Shown here: piece by piece, positions 1-15,437 of the stretch
Position numbering within the stretch: position 1 is the first letter of the stretch
How the letters are laid out: each line of letters begins with the position of its first letter
NCBI RefSeq assembly: GCF_037042905.1
Contig: NC_087251.1
Span: forward strand, 9,612,001-9,676,000
Direction of reading: 5' to 3'
Source: Lytechinus pictus
Lineage: Eukaryota
Length of the DNA: 64,000 nt
Translations under genes and position numbers: made by a program
The notes under the pieces: generated by a model
What the model saw: the letters and a program-made list of their open reading frames with translations, nothing else
Told to the model about the DNA's origin: nothing
Database searches by the model: none

Positions 1-3000
1 GGGATAGCGATAGGTAGAGGAGAAAAGAGAGGGGGGAGTTTAGGGAACAAAATCAGGAATGAGAAGTTAAAATAATTAAAGTACTCTGCAATATTACTGA
101 AGAATGTTTTATTAGCTCCATAAAAACTCATTACCATATAGTTTTCAGCATTCAGGAACCCCCAATTCCTACACAAGTCAAGCAGTTTCTAAAAACGCTT
201 CTGTTTTATCAAGTTTACAATGTGTTTGTTTTTATTTCTTAATTGAATCTTTTGTGATTTCTCCTCTGACCTTTGACACGCGATTTTCAATAACGTGCTT
301 TAAATTAAATGCATATTTGCCAGGCTTGTTTTTTTATTTTTTTTAATCTATGTATTTAAAACCATTTATCGGATCTTAAACCCAGAGGACTAGAAACCTA
401 TCCATCATGTAAATTGATCTTTTTTGTTATTAAAACAAGGATGACTATTAGAAATATACGGATACCTTTGGCGATATTCATTGAACTTTATCATACTTTA
501 TAATGCAAATTAAACATGTCGATATGAAACACAAACATCAAATTTTCTTTCCGCCAGCTTGCTATGCTTTCTACATGACTTGCTCTACTTTTCCGTAATT
601 GGCAATTTACGCGGGGTAGAGGTATTATTTACGGAATAAAGATTAGTTTTTTAATCGAAGCGACATAGATACTCCAATTGCATAGCTATTGCGCCTTTTT
701 CAAGTTAATAGACGTTGATGGGTGAATCGTCTCATTATGTATCTTTTATGGGTGAAAATATGTAGTACATTGCTTTGAAATTTTGTTTTATATGCTGAGG
801 TTCAGAAGATTGTCACAACTATTCATCAAAAGTGTTTTTTTTTTTGGGGGGGGCAGTATTCCAAATATTAGATGAAAATAATCAGTTGATGGCCATAAAT
901 CGTCTTCCATCAAGATATTACAAGTTTTTGTCATATTTACATATCCCATCAGGATTTTCCCAATAAGCCTATAATTATACATATTGCAGGTCGAAATAAG
1001 AAAGTGAAAAGATAAATCCAAATGATAAGTCGCGTGTTAGTAAGTCCATTTTTATAGTGGTTGTGTGCAATTATTATAAGTTACAAATCTCACAATAATT
1101 CAGTGATATTGACGGCATGTAATTAGGCTTATAATGTATGTGCATTTTTTTAGAGTCCCCCAGTTAAAAAAAAAAGAAATAAAGAAATGAATGATTTAAA
1201 TGAATAACAAAACTAATAAAATGGAGATTAAAATAGAAAATGAATGAATGAAAATTATTTTCAAAGAGATGATAATAATAAATAAATATTAATCAATAAG
1301 ACGATTTTAAGTAAAAGGAATAAATAAATGTAAAAAAAAAAACATAGTTACACGATTGAATAGATAAAATTAATAAAAAAATATATGCATGCCAAATATA
1401 TAAATTAATCAATGAAATAGAGGAACTATCTTAAAATTGATTTCTCATAAATCTCGTGCAACCTACAAAACTGTATGTTCGTCCTTTTCATAAAACGACC
1501 GGTTATCGTGGTTATAACTTGAGCTATTTGGTACAAGCACAGAACCCATTTACCGTATAAAGGTCTCTGAACGAGAATGAATATGTGACATTCAGAAACA
1601 CACAGGTGGTCACTAGTAATCATATCATAAAGTAGAGTCAAAGCGAGTTCACTATGTTCTTATGAACCTTTCATGGGTGAGTATAGGAGACCGATACATA
1701 CAACCCTTGATGACACCCTGGGTAGGTGGTTGCCATGTTGGGCAGACGTCAGAATCGTATTATCTGTTTTGTGTAATGGTCACTGGTGATCGATCATTAG
1801 CGATGCTTAAAAAGCGATCTACACAAAAATAGATAATGGTCTTGATCGAAGGAAATAAATATTACTTAAATTGTATCTATGGTGATCTCTAAAAGGACAG
1901 TCATCTCTCCCACTGTCTCTTCCTTCGGTCGTTTCTTCCTTTTTCACCCTAACAAGATTTCAACGATTTTGTTTCAGATAGTTTCTTTGATATAACTTTT
2001 ATTATGATTGTGTCTCTGTCGAAAGTCCATTTACCTAATTTGATTGTTATGTTAATATGATCCATAACCGTGGAAATGTCGTTGATTTTATGCTAGGTAT
2101 ATACATATTTGAAAAAAGTTGATCATTATTGATAGTGATTGAAAATAATCAACTCAGATATTAAGTTGTTTGCAATATAAATAAACAACGTAAAAGTACT
2201 TTCTTATTAAGAAACAAATCTTTGATTTCGTTATGCAGTGGATATCGAGTGACTGATTCCGCATTGAATGATTGAGGAACTATGAAATGACGAAGCCGAA
2301 AAAAAAGGTTTTGAATTTTTGAGCCCAAATATTTTATGGTTGTATAGAAATATGTCCTAATTTTCGTATGTTTACTTTATTTTTTTGCACAAACCCTTTT
2401 CCACTATTTATTTATGTTTTTCTTGTCTCTATTTCTATGCCATTTAGAATAAATTACGCATTTGTTCCCCTTATGCCCCTAACGCTTCGAAATACCGGAC
2501 ATAACATTGTTTCTCCACTTTCTCTCTTGTCTTGTCAAGTCGTGTTAATATATCTGACTCATTGCGTCGTGTTACGAGTCAGATAATGTGCAACATTATA
2601 CACATCATAATCTCTTTAAAAGTGAAAGTTCAACCAAGTGGGAACTCTTGACATTCGTGTAGTCAACACACCTCTTGAGATTGATAATATTGTATTCCTA
2701 TGGGTCATTATCCTCTCAGATTACAGTAGTCATGCTACGTAGATCTTAATGAGCCCCCTAGCGTAGACGAGAGATGATGATGGAGCGGTCATAGGGTGAA
2801 GAATGCGTTAAGACAGGACTCCTCTCATCTTACGATTCACAACATTTTAGCGTAAATCATTTTTTAATCACCATAGCAATGAAAACAGATGTTGTTTTCC
2901 TCTGGACTAATACCCTCGTGTGTATTTTCAGATGTGACGTGATTTCATGCTGTCAAAGGTTCAAATCTCTGTGAGGTCTATCTTGTTTCTGTCATGTATA

Positions 3001-3746
3001 ATAGCCAAGAGGGTCAGACCACATTAGGCATTCAGATTTTGTCATTCTTAACGATCATTTAAATAAGTTAACTTATTGTTATCTTATAGTCGCGATCGCA
3101 TAAAGTGAACAAAAAAGTGAAATTTTTTTTTAAAAACCTCCATGGAGAAAGGTTCAATACACTGATTTTGATGAAGGTTTTGATAGCTTGATATTACCGT
3201 CTTCTTCAAACATGTCTGTGTTATAGTTGTACATTTTCCGACTTTATTATATACACTTTATTTTTGTTCTTATTTTTTCATACTTTCTTATTCAGTAAAC
3301 ACTGGGATTAAAAAAAAATAGGATATTGAGCATTGTTGTTTGGTAACAACCACCGTCTCTGCGTCTATAGCGTTCTCGTTCTGCCCAAAGGTGATGATTA
3401 GCTGCTGTGATCAGTCCATAAAATGAAGATCAGTGAATCAGTGCAGTACAATCATCATCTTGTCAAAAGTTCAATCTGGAATGCAATGGATGGTAATAAT
3501 CTTTTCTCATATACCTCTATAAAGATGTTACTTTTGCTTGTGCATTTTTGTCAGTTCATGCCAAGGTTACGGGTTCAAAGCCCGGTTACAGACGTCATGC
3601 TCATTAAATGTTCATGAATAGGATCATAGCACGGGGTACAGTGCGTGACTGCCATACTTACTGGTGACACACAAGTCAAGTCTTACATCACTGGATCTTC
3701 GTAATGAATGCAAGTTCAATGTGTCAATTGAAGGCTAAGTGAGTTC

Positions 3747-4247
3747 ATGCTTCCTCTCCCTCCTCCTCCTCCTCCTCGTTATTTTTCCATTCTCCTCTCT
3801 GGCTTCCTCGTTCTCCTCCTCGTTTTCTGTCTATTACCTTTCCTTATCGATATGACATATCCGTATCACCTTCATACTCCTTTCTTCTTGTTCCTCCCCC
3901 ATCATCCTCATGTTGGCCCACACGCCTCTCTCTCTCTTCTTTCTCTCTCTCTCTCTCTTCATCTCTTTCCACTCCAACCTTCTATCCTATTTTTCCTCCT
4001 TATGTCCCTCCTCATCTTCGTATCCATCCCTCCTCCCATTTCCCCTCCTATTCCTCTACCCCCTCTAGCTCCTTCTCCTCCTATACCTCTACTATTCTGC
4101 CTCCATGCCCTCGTCTATATCTCCTTCCACTTTTTCCCTCCTCGTCCTTCTCTCTTCTTCCTATTGCTCTTTCTTTTTAGTTTTTCCCCTTCACTTTTCC
4201 TTATCACCCTTTCCTCCTCTCAGCTCCCATCCCTCTTCTTCCCTCCC
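3747..4247. repeat. Polypyrimidine low-complexity tract
   Basis: CCT/CT-rich run; accounts for the spurious Pro/Leu/Ser ORFs here. Confidence 0.85.
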
Positions 4248-6774
4248 TGGAGAGAGAGAGGGAGGGGGTGCACTCACGTATAATGAAAGTACGGGTATGT
4301 GCGGCTCTTAAGCTCCCTTTTCACCGCCTTGCCTGCAATTCCCAACCATATCATTTTCAGTCGTTCTCACCCGTTCCTAATTAAGCCCCTCATTTCAGCT
4401 AGTCGTTAGTTCTCGATGACCACCATTTCATGTTAAATTTAACAAGCACCCCCATTTGCAGAGAGCCATCTAGTTTTTTTTTTATAAGCTCCTTTTTTCA
4501 TTTCTTCAGTTTTTAATGGAATGATTCTAGATTTTGATGGCGCACACCCTACCCTTTCCAAATCCGAATACCCCCCCCCCCCCCACCCCCGCCCTCCCGG
4601 GTCTTCTCTCTCCTCTTCTTCATACGACTATTCCTCTTTACTTTGTTTAGTCGTATTTTGACAGGCTGGGCATATTACTGTTTGTATGAAAACTGCTCTC
4701 TCTTTTATTATTTTTAAGTAACCATTATTACTCACTCGTCATCCCAGAGGCAACGTGAGAATAAAACCTTTTCTGGCCGATAGACATGTTAGAACTTGCC
4801 TGTAAAGTCGCATGGCTAATGTTATTTCTCCTCATCTTGGGCAATATTATTATCCAGGAAGGGTGTTTTTTCAGGGGAATCACCCCCCCCCCCCTTCTAG
4901 CCGTCAAAATAAAATATGACAAATGTAGCTGAAATAAGAGACGACCAGTGGATCCTTTAAAAACAGCTATTATGACCAAAATAGTCAACTTTGTTTGGTT
5001 GCCATAAAATTAAAAGAAGAAGAAAAAGAAGGCAATTTTTGTATGATTAAAGGCAATACGTTTCCTACACTGTTTATATTTACATCCAGTCAGGTTTGAA
5101 ATATGATCTTTAAGGGTTCAGTTTAGAGAGCACTTCTGAAGGCATGACTTCACATCTTGACATCTCGTATGGCCATGGTGAGAGAATTTCAAAGATCTTT
5201 GGGGGGTTAAGAGACGCCAAAATGTTATCTCTCGATAGACGAGAGTATAATCTATGCCATCCGTTGAGAATACTTTAAACCTTCTTAAAATCCCTGCAAT
5301 CATGATCAAAATAAGCTAGTATAACAACATTGTCATAATGTTGGTCAATATATTCTCTCATTTCTTTTGCAGTTCATGTACCTCGCGTTCAGACGCGTTA
5401 GATTATCGTATTTTCCTGTCGCCGTATGATACAATATACTATGATGCTACATAAAAAAAAAACATTCAGACAGCAGGAAGTTTATGCGAAAACATAATCG
5501 TTTTGCAATTAGTAAGAACAGCACGTCGATGTATTCAAACAACATATAAATACAAGAGTACATGTATATTCAGACTCAAGAAACCTGTCCGATACAAATA
5601 TCGATACGTCTTACGATACGACAACTATCGATCTTGACTGAGAGATTAAATTACTGTTACTGAAAAAATTTGTATTTTTCAACAGGTCTTATGAGCATGT
5701 CCAATAATCCAGTACAGTCAAAATAAGTACTGCATAATTTCCTTTTAATTATGCTCATTCCCGTGTAGATTTCTTAGGTTGCTGTATTTGTCATGGTTAT
5801 GATATTTTATGCCTGCTGCTCTGAAGTAAAACGAGAAAAAAAAATCAATAAAGTGAGATGAAGTGATTCGACATGACACCGATTCCGTAAAAATACAACC
5901 TTTCCTCATGTTTGTGGAGGTGATATTACCAGAGAGAGAAAGAAAGACAGAGTCAAAGGGGGTGAAAATAGGGATGCAGTGGTTGGGGAAGGAGAGAAAG
6001 TGAGAGAGGGGGACAAAGAATGCCTGATTATGATACATTGAATGTGACAAAGTTGCGTTGATAATGAATTTATGACTTGAGTCGTATGGATGTGCTGCAT
6101 AGATGTGCCCCATATTTTTGGTCACTTATCTAATTTAGTATTCCGTTCTTTATATCTCAAACATCACTAATATCGACGTGTTCTATCGCATTATACCCTC
6201 TCTAATCTATGGCAATCTATTATTTGTGACCTAATAGCATTTTCATCCATCGATGCGATGAGGAGCCTACAGCATTAAGCCTGGAAGAAATGTGCATCTA
6301 TTGCCTCCTAAAAGCTGAGACGTGAACTAGTTCATGAGGATCAGTCTCGCTGTCATGCACAATCTTGTTCAACTATCGTCACCCCCCTCTCTCTCTCCTC
6401 TTTATCTTGCACTTTCTTCATAGCCATCTGCAATCTATATATCTTATGTTAAATGTTTAGCTAAGTGTCTGTCTGACATTAATTTTTGTAGTATTTCTTT
6501 TTTGTTCTTCTGGCCTCCACCATTTCATCTTGATTATTAATTTTATCATATTTCATTTTTAATTGTATATTTATTTATTTGTCTATTTATTTATCTATTA
6601 TTTCTTCATTCATTCATCCATACATTTATTTATGTATTCATTTTATTAATCTGTCTATTGATGTTTCAATTTTTTTAAAATATGTTTTGAAGGCGAGGGT
6701 TGATGAATATATTAATGACGAATATATTAACTGTCATTATGGAACATTATGTATATTGGATATCCACTATATAC

Positions 6775-6930
6775 TGCGGCCTCAGCTCCAGCAGCTTGTT
6801 GCGTTCGAGATATTGATTATCCATTCACCTAACCTGGGTTGAGTACGGCTCAATGAAGATAACTATCTTGCTGATGGAAATTAACCACATGCTGGGAATC
6901 CATGACACTCTGTTTTCAAGCGAGTCAGAA
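6775..6930 (-). mobile_element. Degraded tRNA-SINE fragment
   Basis: Shares CACCT..CCTGGGTTGAGT..TTCTTGCTGA core with copies at ~15.1 kb and ~43.9 kb. Confidence 0.55.
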
Positions 6931-7234
6931 CAGCCTGAGCAAAATACTGAAATAAAATTTAATTTGATGTAATTCGTTAATATGGCAATACATTAATTCA
7001 ATCATAATGTTTTTCCGCAAAAAAAACACAACCATATGCAATCTTCTCTCATGTCCTCTATTAAGATACTATTACAAGGCTAGATAAGCGGGGGAAGGGG
7101 AGGGGGGAAGAAGTATTAAAATCCCACTTTCTTTCATACACACACGCCCAAACAGACACATCCACAAGCACAAAATACATTATATAAATCTGAAAGTTTT
7201 TTTAGCTATAATACATACGCATACCCACTCTCAC

Positions 7235-7237
<3 letters not shown>

Positions 7238-7268
<31 letters not shown>

Positions 7269-7300
7269 ACACTCCCTCACACACACCAACCCTCACATAC
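7238..7300. repeat. (CA)n microsatellite
   Basis: Direct reading. Confidence 0.9.
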
Positions 7301-10300
7301 ATATACCTTTTCCACAAAAATGTATAGAAATACCCCAGCTTTCTTCTCTCAGTATAGTACCGTTATTCCTTTCGCCCGCTGTCTCTTACCATCGATCAAA
7401 TACATTAAGCAATATCATTAGAAGATATGAAAATACTACAGCTTCTTTATTGCGTGCAAAGAAAAGCCGAATCTTGTCGCTGCCTAGGGCGATTTATTGA
7501 AAGCGATTCCAAAATTTGTCGACCTATAATCAAGGTGCATCTGTCTAAGAGGAAGGGGAGAGGAGAAGAGAAAATCGGAAAGAGGGATAGTGAGAGGGAA
7601 TGGTGGAAAACTAATTTAGAAGAAGCTACTAAATTGTTCGATTTTTAATTTAAAGACGGTGTCCCATTAGGAAATTAACCAAATTATCCACAGATTCCCA
7701 TTTCATTTAAGAACGAGACGATATCTTTGTCGCATACGAGAACGATAAATAAAGTTTGTGGTAAAAGATGGCATTTTGTTGGCTGATATATAAACTATTA
7801 AAAAAAACTTGGTAGTAATATTTATTATAGAAACGTGGTGCTGTCCTATATTGCAGATACATCGAATCTTGTGACAACACCATATAGTTGATGCCAAGGA
7901 ATTTCGTTATCCGAACGTTTTATTATTTGTTTAAATATTTAAAAAAAAAATGAAGTAACTATCGACCTGCACCTGACGTTGTGAATTATGATATAAGTGT
8001 ACATTACATCAGATAAGAGGATAACAGATTGAGCATGCCATGTAAATTATCAAAATATCATCAAAATATTTTAAGGGTTAAGTGCCACGCTGATTCTCGG
8101 GATATTGATCAAATAATGTATATTGCTTGAACTGATGTCGATGGGATTTTGAAGTTCAGTTAAGTCCTAATTTAAATTTTAGAGGGAAAGTTTCTTCCAA
8201 GGAACTATTCTGGTAGTTTAGGACTAGAGCTTATATCTAAAGGTTATGACCCTGATATGACAAAAAAGTATGGTCCAATCAGTTATTAGATGAATATATA
8301 TCTTAACATTTATTTTAGAAAATCAGTCTGATTTATAGCTTTAGCACTAAAGATAATTTTCTTTCGCATTAAGAATTCTATCCACCATAATTCCGTTAAT
8401 ACGGTTCTACTATTCTGACACTTTTGTTTGTTTAATATACTTTCATTTGACATTACAATGAAATAGTTTTACATACAGAACGTAGAATCTGATTCGCATT
8501 TCTTTACAACACTTGTGATGAACAACACTTTAGATGTATAATACTTCATGGCCTTGATACTATGATATAGGCCTAATATCAATTCTGTCATTGTAAACCG
8601 ACTTCAAACTACGTAGCAATAATCAAAATTAGTTATATACATTGATTCTAAATATTATGTGACAGGGCCAGACATGACTGATATGATTTAAGGAAATAAT
8701 AATCATTGTAAAATTTCAAATGTGGCAGCCGCTTTCATTTCCGTTCAATGTTATTGTATCTGGAGCGCAATGGACAGATAAATGAATCCCCCCGCAGTGT
8801 TTCTCTTTCCTCTTAAATATAGAAAAGGGAAGAATAATGTGTCACTTATCAAAATAGAAGTGACACATTGGTGTCGGGAAATTGTGGTAGAATAATAGAC
8901 CCGATGGCATTGATGCAATTACGGATGAAACAAACCAAAACAAAATCAGGGACTCAGAAAAAATATACATTAAGAAGCAGAAAGAGGGAAAATGAGAGAA
9001 AGGGACTCACATGCAGTCTCTACAGCCTCTTCTCAAAATTGTAAGGAGACCGTATTACGATGTTTGTTTAATGGTTGAACGGAGATTGCGCAGTGACATT
9101 CCAAGGTACGATTTTTTTTTCTTTAGTCTTCTTGTTTATTCAGAATCTTACAATCACCGTGCGATAAACACCTTATCATGCAATGGCGTCTACGATGAGA
9201 CTACGATTTATCGGTTCATGACTTTCATGAATGTGTCGAACAATACACTGAAAAATATTTCAGGAGTTACGACGCCCTTAATGAGTGTAAGTAAAACTGT
9301 ACGAATATCGTTCAGTCGGAATTGTCTTAACACAGTGGTGTATACGATCAGTTTGGGGGCTCCGTAAGGGCATCGCAGGCCCAGATATTGTGAACTATGC
9401 ATTTGGATATTATCGAGCAAGTTTTTCAGAACGGTAAAGGTGAGTGGTTAATGTCAACAGAATTTGGGAAACGGCAATCTGGGCATTGTTAGCAGATGGT
9501 GATGATAAGTGTCGTTGTTGAAGATATTGATCATTTTGTCGATTGCTGAATTCATTCGATCAGTCGATGCCAGATACGGTATGAATAACCAGAAATTGAA
9601 TACATTAACCTCGTTTACGATTGTCTAAACATGCTAAATCTACGACATTCACACTGTCTAGCTGAGTTGTGGCTGGTCAAGAGTGAGTCGTGTTGAAAGA
9701 TCGTTATTCATTAAAAATACATTTTTCTCTGGTCTTGATGGAAATCAGATCGCCTCTCATCTAAGGGCAATATAATTATCTTCTTGATTACCCCCGCCCT
9801 CCCCCCCCCCCTCCTGTGTCACACGCAAAACCCTACAATTCATTTTTAAGTAACAGTTCATTGAATGTCTAGAGCCGAAGAAGTGTGGATACAGCTTGCC
9901 GTTATATTATAATAGACGATTTGTTCGTAATCATGGTAATTACAACAATGATTAGACACTAGACCTACAATTAATTTAAATGGATATGAAATGTTCTCAG
10001 GCAATATAAGCCTTGATCGGTAGGTCTTATAATTTAAGTGACGAGAAATCTTATTAAGACTTCGCTTTTATTAAACAAGCAGTTTAGAATACTCTTGTCA
10101 CATCATTTCCTGAAAGGGTTAATGTTTAGTAAAAGTTCGATCGAGCTACTCTCACAAAAATGCCATACACACATGACATAATTAATAATATTCTTATACT
10201 CTAAAGAATTTGTATTTGCAAATTTTGTATTTTTTTAAATGTTATTCTTGATATCTCAGTATACAGAAAGATAGAAAATGAAATACTAATATAGAGAAAG

Positions 10301-11370
10301 AAAGGAGAGTATAATCGTACGATTTACTAATTATGCCAGGATGAAAACTTGTTATTATCTCCACAAAAAAGGAATGCATAGAACAGAGATTTCGATTTTT
10401 GGCCATTGAATGCAAGATTCTAATTATCATGCATGATAGCATAGGACGAGTAGATATTAATATTGAGTGAAAGAGGATTAATGGTTTCAAGCAATCATCA
10501 ATCAGTGTGAAGGAACCTCAGTGTGTATGGCATGGAAACCAGAGATTGAATGAGAGCGACAGACCGAAAAGAAAGAGACAAAACTACTAGCCGTGATGAG
10601 ACTCGTAATAATACTATTCAAATGAAATGAAAGTAGAATGACCCCATATCTCCACCATCTCTTTGAATAGGGTGAGGATCGAGGAAGTGTCTGCAGTTTG
10701 CCTGAAATTATAATTTGCCAGTGTTATAGAACACCTCGCAATCATTCGAGCTGAGCCGTGGAATAAATGAATTTTAGGGTAAAAAGTGAGGATGATGAGA
10801 GCCAATGACCGACTATGCACTATTCACATATTGATGTTCTACTCCAAGGTACTGTGTTTGGCATACTAGTAATACTCGAGATAGAAAGCTTATTTTATCC
10901 CTTTCCCTAAATACAATAAACCAATCATCAGGGAACACGATTTTGACAACACTCAACAGTAATGACTTATAACTATTAACAAAAAAAAATCAATTCGTAT
11001 TTTGCCCTCAATATTGTACGAGGATGGGGGCAAGTTTTCTTTTCTTTGACAAACCATTTCGACACTCTTCACTTTCTAAGATATACCATTTTGTTTTGTT
11101 TCGTGTTTTTGTTGTTATTATTGCCTTTCTGGCTTGCATCACCAACTAGAACTCCTATCATCCCTTCATTGCTTCACCAAGTTTAACAAATAAATATGGG
11201 GGGGGGGTTATTTGTTTTCAAAACTCTTTTTCGTAATACAATCTTTACAGTGGTAGGAGGGTTTCAGAAAGTAAACTATAAAGGCCAGGTCCACCCCAAA
11301 TGCGATTCCAAACTTTATCAGAATCGGATATGGGTTAGGGTTAGGAAGGATGTAAGCGTATGCATCTCGT

Positions 11371-12471
11371 CAGTGGCGTACCGTGAGTCACGGCATTGGG
11401 GGGCACCAGCAAAATTTTTGAGTCACTTAGTGAGCGCGCGAAGCGCGCTCAGTTGCCAGATATACTGACCTAATAGGAACATTTTAAGGACAGTGCCATT
11501 AAACGGATATGTATCTCACTGCTCAAATAATGCGAGCGCGAAGCGCGATCTGAAAATTTTTGATATGCAGACCAAAAAAGACATTATAAGCAATTTTTTG
11601 TAATCATGATACATACCTGTCTCGCTAAAAAAACAATGCGAGCGCGAAGCGCGAGCTGAAATTTTTGCAAATATTGACCCCAAACAAGGACATGTTAAGG
11701 ACTATATTTTAGGAATCCATTAAGAGTATACATATCTCACCATAGTCATCTAATGCGAGTGCAAATCGCTTGCTGATTTTGCTACATCTAAACACATGAA
11801 GCACTTTTTGTAGTCATTGTAATTATGATAATACGCATCTCACTCATCAAATATTGCGAGCGCGAAGCGCAAGCTGAAAATTTAAGATATTTAGACCTGA
11901 AGAGAGGCATTCTAAGGCCTGTTTGTAAGAATTCACTCAGACCATACGATACGTATTTCACTAACCAAATAATGCGAGGCGCGAGCTGAAAATTTTTGAT
12001 ATTCAGATCAGAAAAAGGGAAATTTTAAGGACTTTTTTAAAGGAATTAATGAAGATCAGACATATCTCACCAATCTACTAGTGCGAACGTAAGCACGGAC
12101 AGGAAATGTTTTATATTAACACCTTAAAATAGGGCAATCACTTTAAGTAGTCATGAAAAAGAACCATATGACACTACATAAAACAACAATAAGTCGAAGT
12201 GCGAGGAAATATATTTGGTGTATATTGACTTAAAAACGTTAAACAGACAATGCGAGTACCGGGAACAATGAAGACATCTAGGCCTGAGCAAAATAAAGTT
12301 ATGAAAAAAGTTTCTTATGTATTATTACAAAACATAATTATAATATAACATTATAATGAACAATAATTTTTTCATTTCCACTACGTTTCTCCCTCCCTTC
12401 TCCTTCTTTTTTTCCTCTTCCCCGTTTTTTTTTTTTTGCCAGCCCCCCCCCCCCCCGTAGTTACGCCACTG
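11371..12471. mobile_element. Non-autonomous hAT-type DNA transposon (1.1 kb)
   Basis: TIR CAGTGGCGTA / TACGCCACTG; perfect 8-bp TSD CATCTCGT (11363-11370, 12472-12479); internal ~110-bp repeats. Confidence 0.9.
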
Positions 12472-12748
12472 CATCTCGTAAATAAAGTAGTCAAAACCCA
12501 TGGTAACCCCTTCGGAGCTGTCATCCACTTCCATCCGTTTTCATCCGCAAGGTTTCCGATGAACAACCGTTTAATATCTTCGCTACATAACTACCCACGT
12601 CCGTTATTATCCGTTATGTTTTCGCATACGCATTTCTGGAGCGGATGAAAACGGATGGAAATTTTGCTCGTCCGCTGTGTCCTTTAAGGATACATTTTGC
12701 CTCCGTCGGGTAGTGCCTTGAACAAGAAAGTTATGGCCCTGTCGAAAT

Positions 12749-13032
12749 CATGGCTTTGGGAAGTGGGGATGCAGGGGGTACTTCAGCACACCCATGATAA
12801 ACCTGAAAGGTGCTGCGTGTATATTCACTGTAGGCAGCAGCCCCTGGATATTTGGTAGGTATACTCAATTGCAGAAAATTCCTCACAATCACCTTTATTT
12901 TGTAGCGAGATCCTTACATTTTCTTGTTTTGATAGTCAATTTTTTTTTTTTTTTTTTGGGGGGGGGGGCTTGTCAAATTCAAATTACTCGTGACCAAAAT
13001 GAACTTTTTGTTGTGTCGTTCCCAGGGCCCTG
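12749..13032. mobile_element. Old hAT-like MITE
   Basis: Degenerate TIRs CATGGCTTTGGGAA / TTCCCAGGGCCCTG; 8-bp flanks GTCGAAAT vs GTCAAGAT (6/8). Confidence 0.5.
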
Positions 13033-14767
13033 GTCAAGATTTACATTTTTCAAGAAACAGTAATAAACACAACGTGATTTTTATTGAGGAAATCAATGAT
13101 GTTACACACTCACTGTCCTTTTTATTGAATAAGGCGGAATTCTAAATATTTCAATTGACTTATAATTTTATGGTAAAAAAAAGAACCTCTCCATGGAATA
13201 TTAAGAACATAATGCAAGTGATGGACTGAAGAGACCGAAATGATCACGCATGTTATTTAACCCCGGTTGGTTTTTAGATCATAATACTATGGATAGACTT
13301 TTCGTGGAAATTCCATACCAAAATTCATGGGGTAACTGCTATATCCATTCCTATATCCCACCCCCTCCCTCCCACACACACACACACCCTCCCTCACCCC
13401 TCCCCGGTGTACATGATGCGTGTAAGTGTGCGTGCATGAGAGAGAAGAGGAGAGAGAGAGACAGATAGAGGCAGAGACAAAGAGACAAAATGAAAGAAAA
13501 CAAATGAAGAGACAGACAGAGAGATAGATAGAGGGAGAAAAGGAGAGAAGACCCAGTCTTTACTTCACATCAAAAGATGATAACATTTTGACATGCAATG
13601 TATTCCTGCTGCGTAGACTGCTGAGCGCGTGTAGCCATCATGCCAAGATGCAATGTAGAACACCTGTGACTTGACGTCAATCATTTTCTAATGGCAATTA
13701 CAAACCAACTAACTAGGTAACAATATTTTTAAAAAAAATGACATATCAAATAAATCCATGCTGCCACTAAAACAGCGGGAGCATTGATTGCCCCCCCCCC
13801 CAAAAAAAAAAAAAAAAAAAACTAATTCTTAATTGCGATGCCTTCTTTTCATCTGGCAATGGGCCTAAGTCATTGAAATGAATGATTGGCTCATACAATA
13901 AATTGACCAAACCATAAGTCGATTGTTTTTTAATATCACAGCTACGAGGTCTTCCTTAACATGTCAATTAAGAAGCCAGAATATTGTTTTACAAACTATG
14001 ACAATAATATTGGTAATAATTACAAATGACGTATCATTTAATCAAGGGAATCACTTATTCTATTTACGAAACACACGAGTAAACTAAAATCATGTACTTG
14101 AGCATGCATTTTCAAGTTGTAGGAAATGCAAAACAGATATATACGCCTGCATAGGCCTACTTGATGCTACACATTTATACAGTATATTAAAACCTAATTG
14201 AATATATAGTTTCCAACAATGCCGACGAAAGTCTTTGGTTTCCTTGCTATTCAATTTCCTGAGAGAAACTATAAGTCAAATGGAACAATATCAGAGAGGG
14301 GCATTAAATCTTCATCATTTCGAATGCCGAGTACGAGAGTCGACAAAAATACCCAGCTTATGATTGGCAATCCGTGCCATATAATGATTTCATTACGGCA
14401 GCTAGGCCACTATCATCAAGTGTTGAGCGATGATTTACGTTTTTGGATCGTTCTTTAATGAGGTAGATCTCTTTCCAGGCATGCCCAACAAGGGATGAAG
14501 ATTCTCACCATACTCCTATAACAATTGACCCACTTCTGCTATCATATTGGATGTCATCACTCACTAGACTACAGTGAAGTGCCACAAACAAAATAATGAA
14601 AATATAAGGTTACTCATAAACAATCACAGTCCTGTGCACATTGATCATTAATGATATTGTTAAAATAAATACCTATGAAATATGTAATATATTGCACGTA
14701 ATAATATCATATATATAATTCATTCGCAAAAAGCGGGGGCGTCCACCTTTATGATTTTTTTTAAGTA

Positions 14768-14937
14768 CAATCTAAAAAACGAATAGCTAATTTAGCTCTT
14801 GAAGAGCGTGTATAGTGACTGCACTTCGGAGTGCTGATTCGTCTAGCTCAAGTTTGAACGAGAAAAATCAGCACTCTGAAGTGCGGTCATTACACACGCT
14901 CTTTAAGAGCTTAATTAGCTCTTCGTTTTTTAAAGTG
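14768..14937. mobile_element. Palindromic MITE flanked by TA
   Basis: ~70-bp imperfect inverted arms (CAATCTAAAAAACGAA...TTCGTTTTTTAAAGTG) with TA on both sides. Confidence 0.75.
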
Positions 14938-15004
14938 TAGCTGTGGAAGGAAAAGGATATAACTATTACACTTTCTTTTACAAAAATCATTCTAAAAATA
15001 ATGT

Positions 15005-15145
15005 AGCATATTACACTGGCTTTACAGCAAAGCCGCTGTTACGCTTTAGGGTTTCAAGGAATAAACTCTTGCCAGGTTCCCATGCATTTACCTCACCTGG
15101 GTTGAGTGCAGCAAAATATGGATGGAATTCTTGCTGAAGAAAATG
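15005..15145 (-). mobile_element. tRNA-SINE 3'/core fragment
   Basis: CATTTACCTCACCTGGGTTGAGTGCAGC...TTCTTGCTGAAG, closely similar to the 43.9 kb copy. Confidence 0.65.
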
Positions 15146-15375
15146 GGAAGAAAAGGGAAGTTACAGGATCCGAAAAACTAGAGCCTTGTATTACCAATGT
15201 TATTGAAAAATAATCCCCCCAGACATCAACCTAAAGACGTTTTGCCCCTCCCCCAACTCCCCCCCCCCCCTCTCCTTTCGAGACACCATCTTCGCACATG
15301 ACTTGTATACCAATAATGAATCTCTCTTTTTTCCTTTGTCTTTCTATGGAGCGTTTTACACAGAACCTGTCATTG

Positions 15376-15437
15376 GTGGCTCTGTGGTAGGAGGCTTCAT
15401 AAACAGGAAGGTCATGGGTTCCATCCTGAGGAGCCAT
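15376..15437 (+). mobile_element. tRNA-derived SINE head fragment
   Basis: A-box-like TGGCTCTGTGG and B-box-like GGTTCCATCC. Confidence 0.4.

Noticed and set aside
3747..4311. 178-aa and 68-aa ORFs
   Set aside because: Translations of a polypyrimidine low-complexity tract.
9011..9420. Overlapping 118-aa and 70-aa ORFs
   Set aside because: No domain signature or splice support; more likely a decayed repeat whose ends I could not define.
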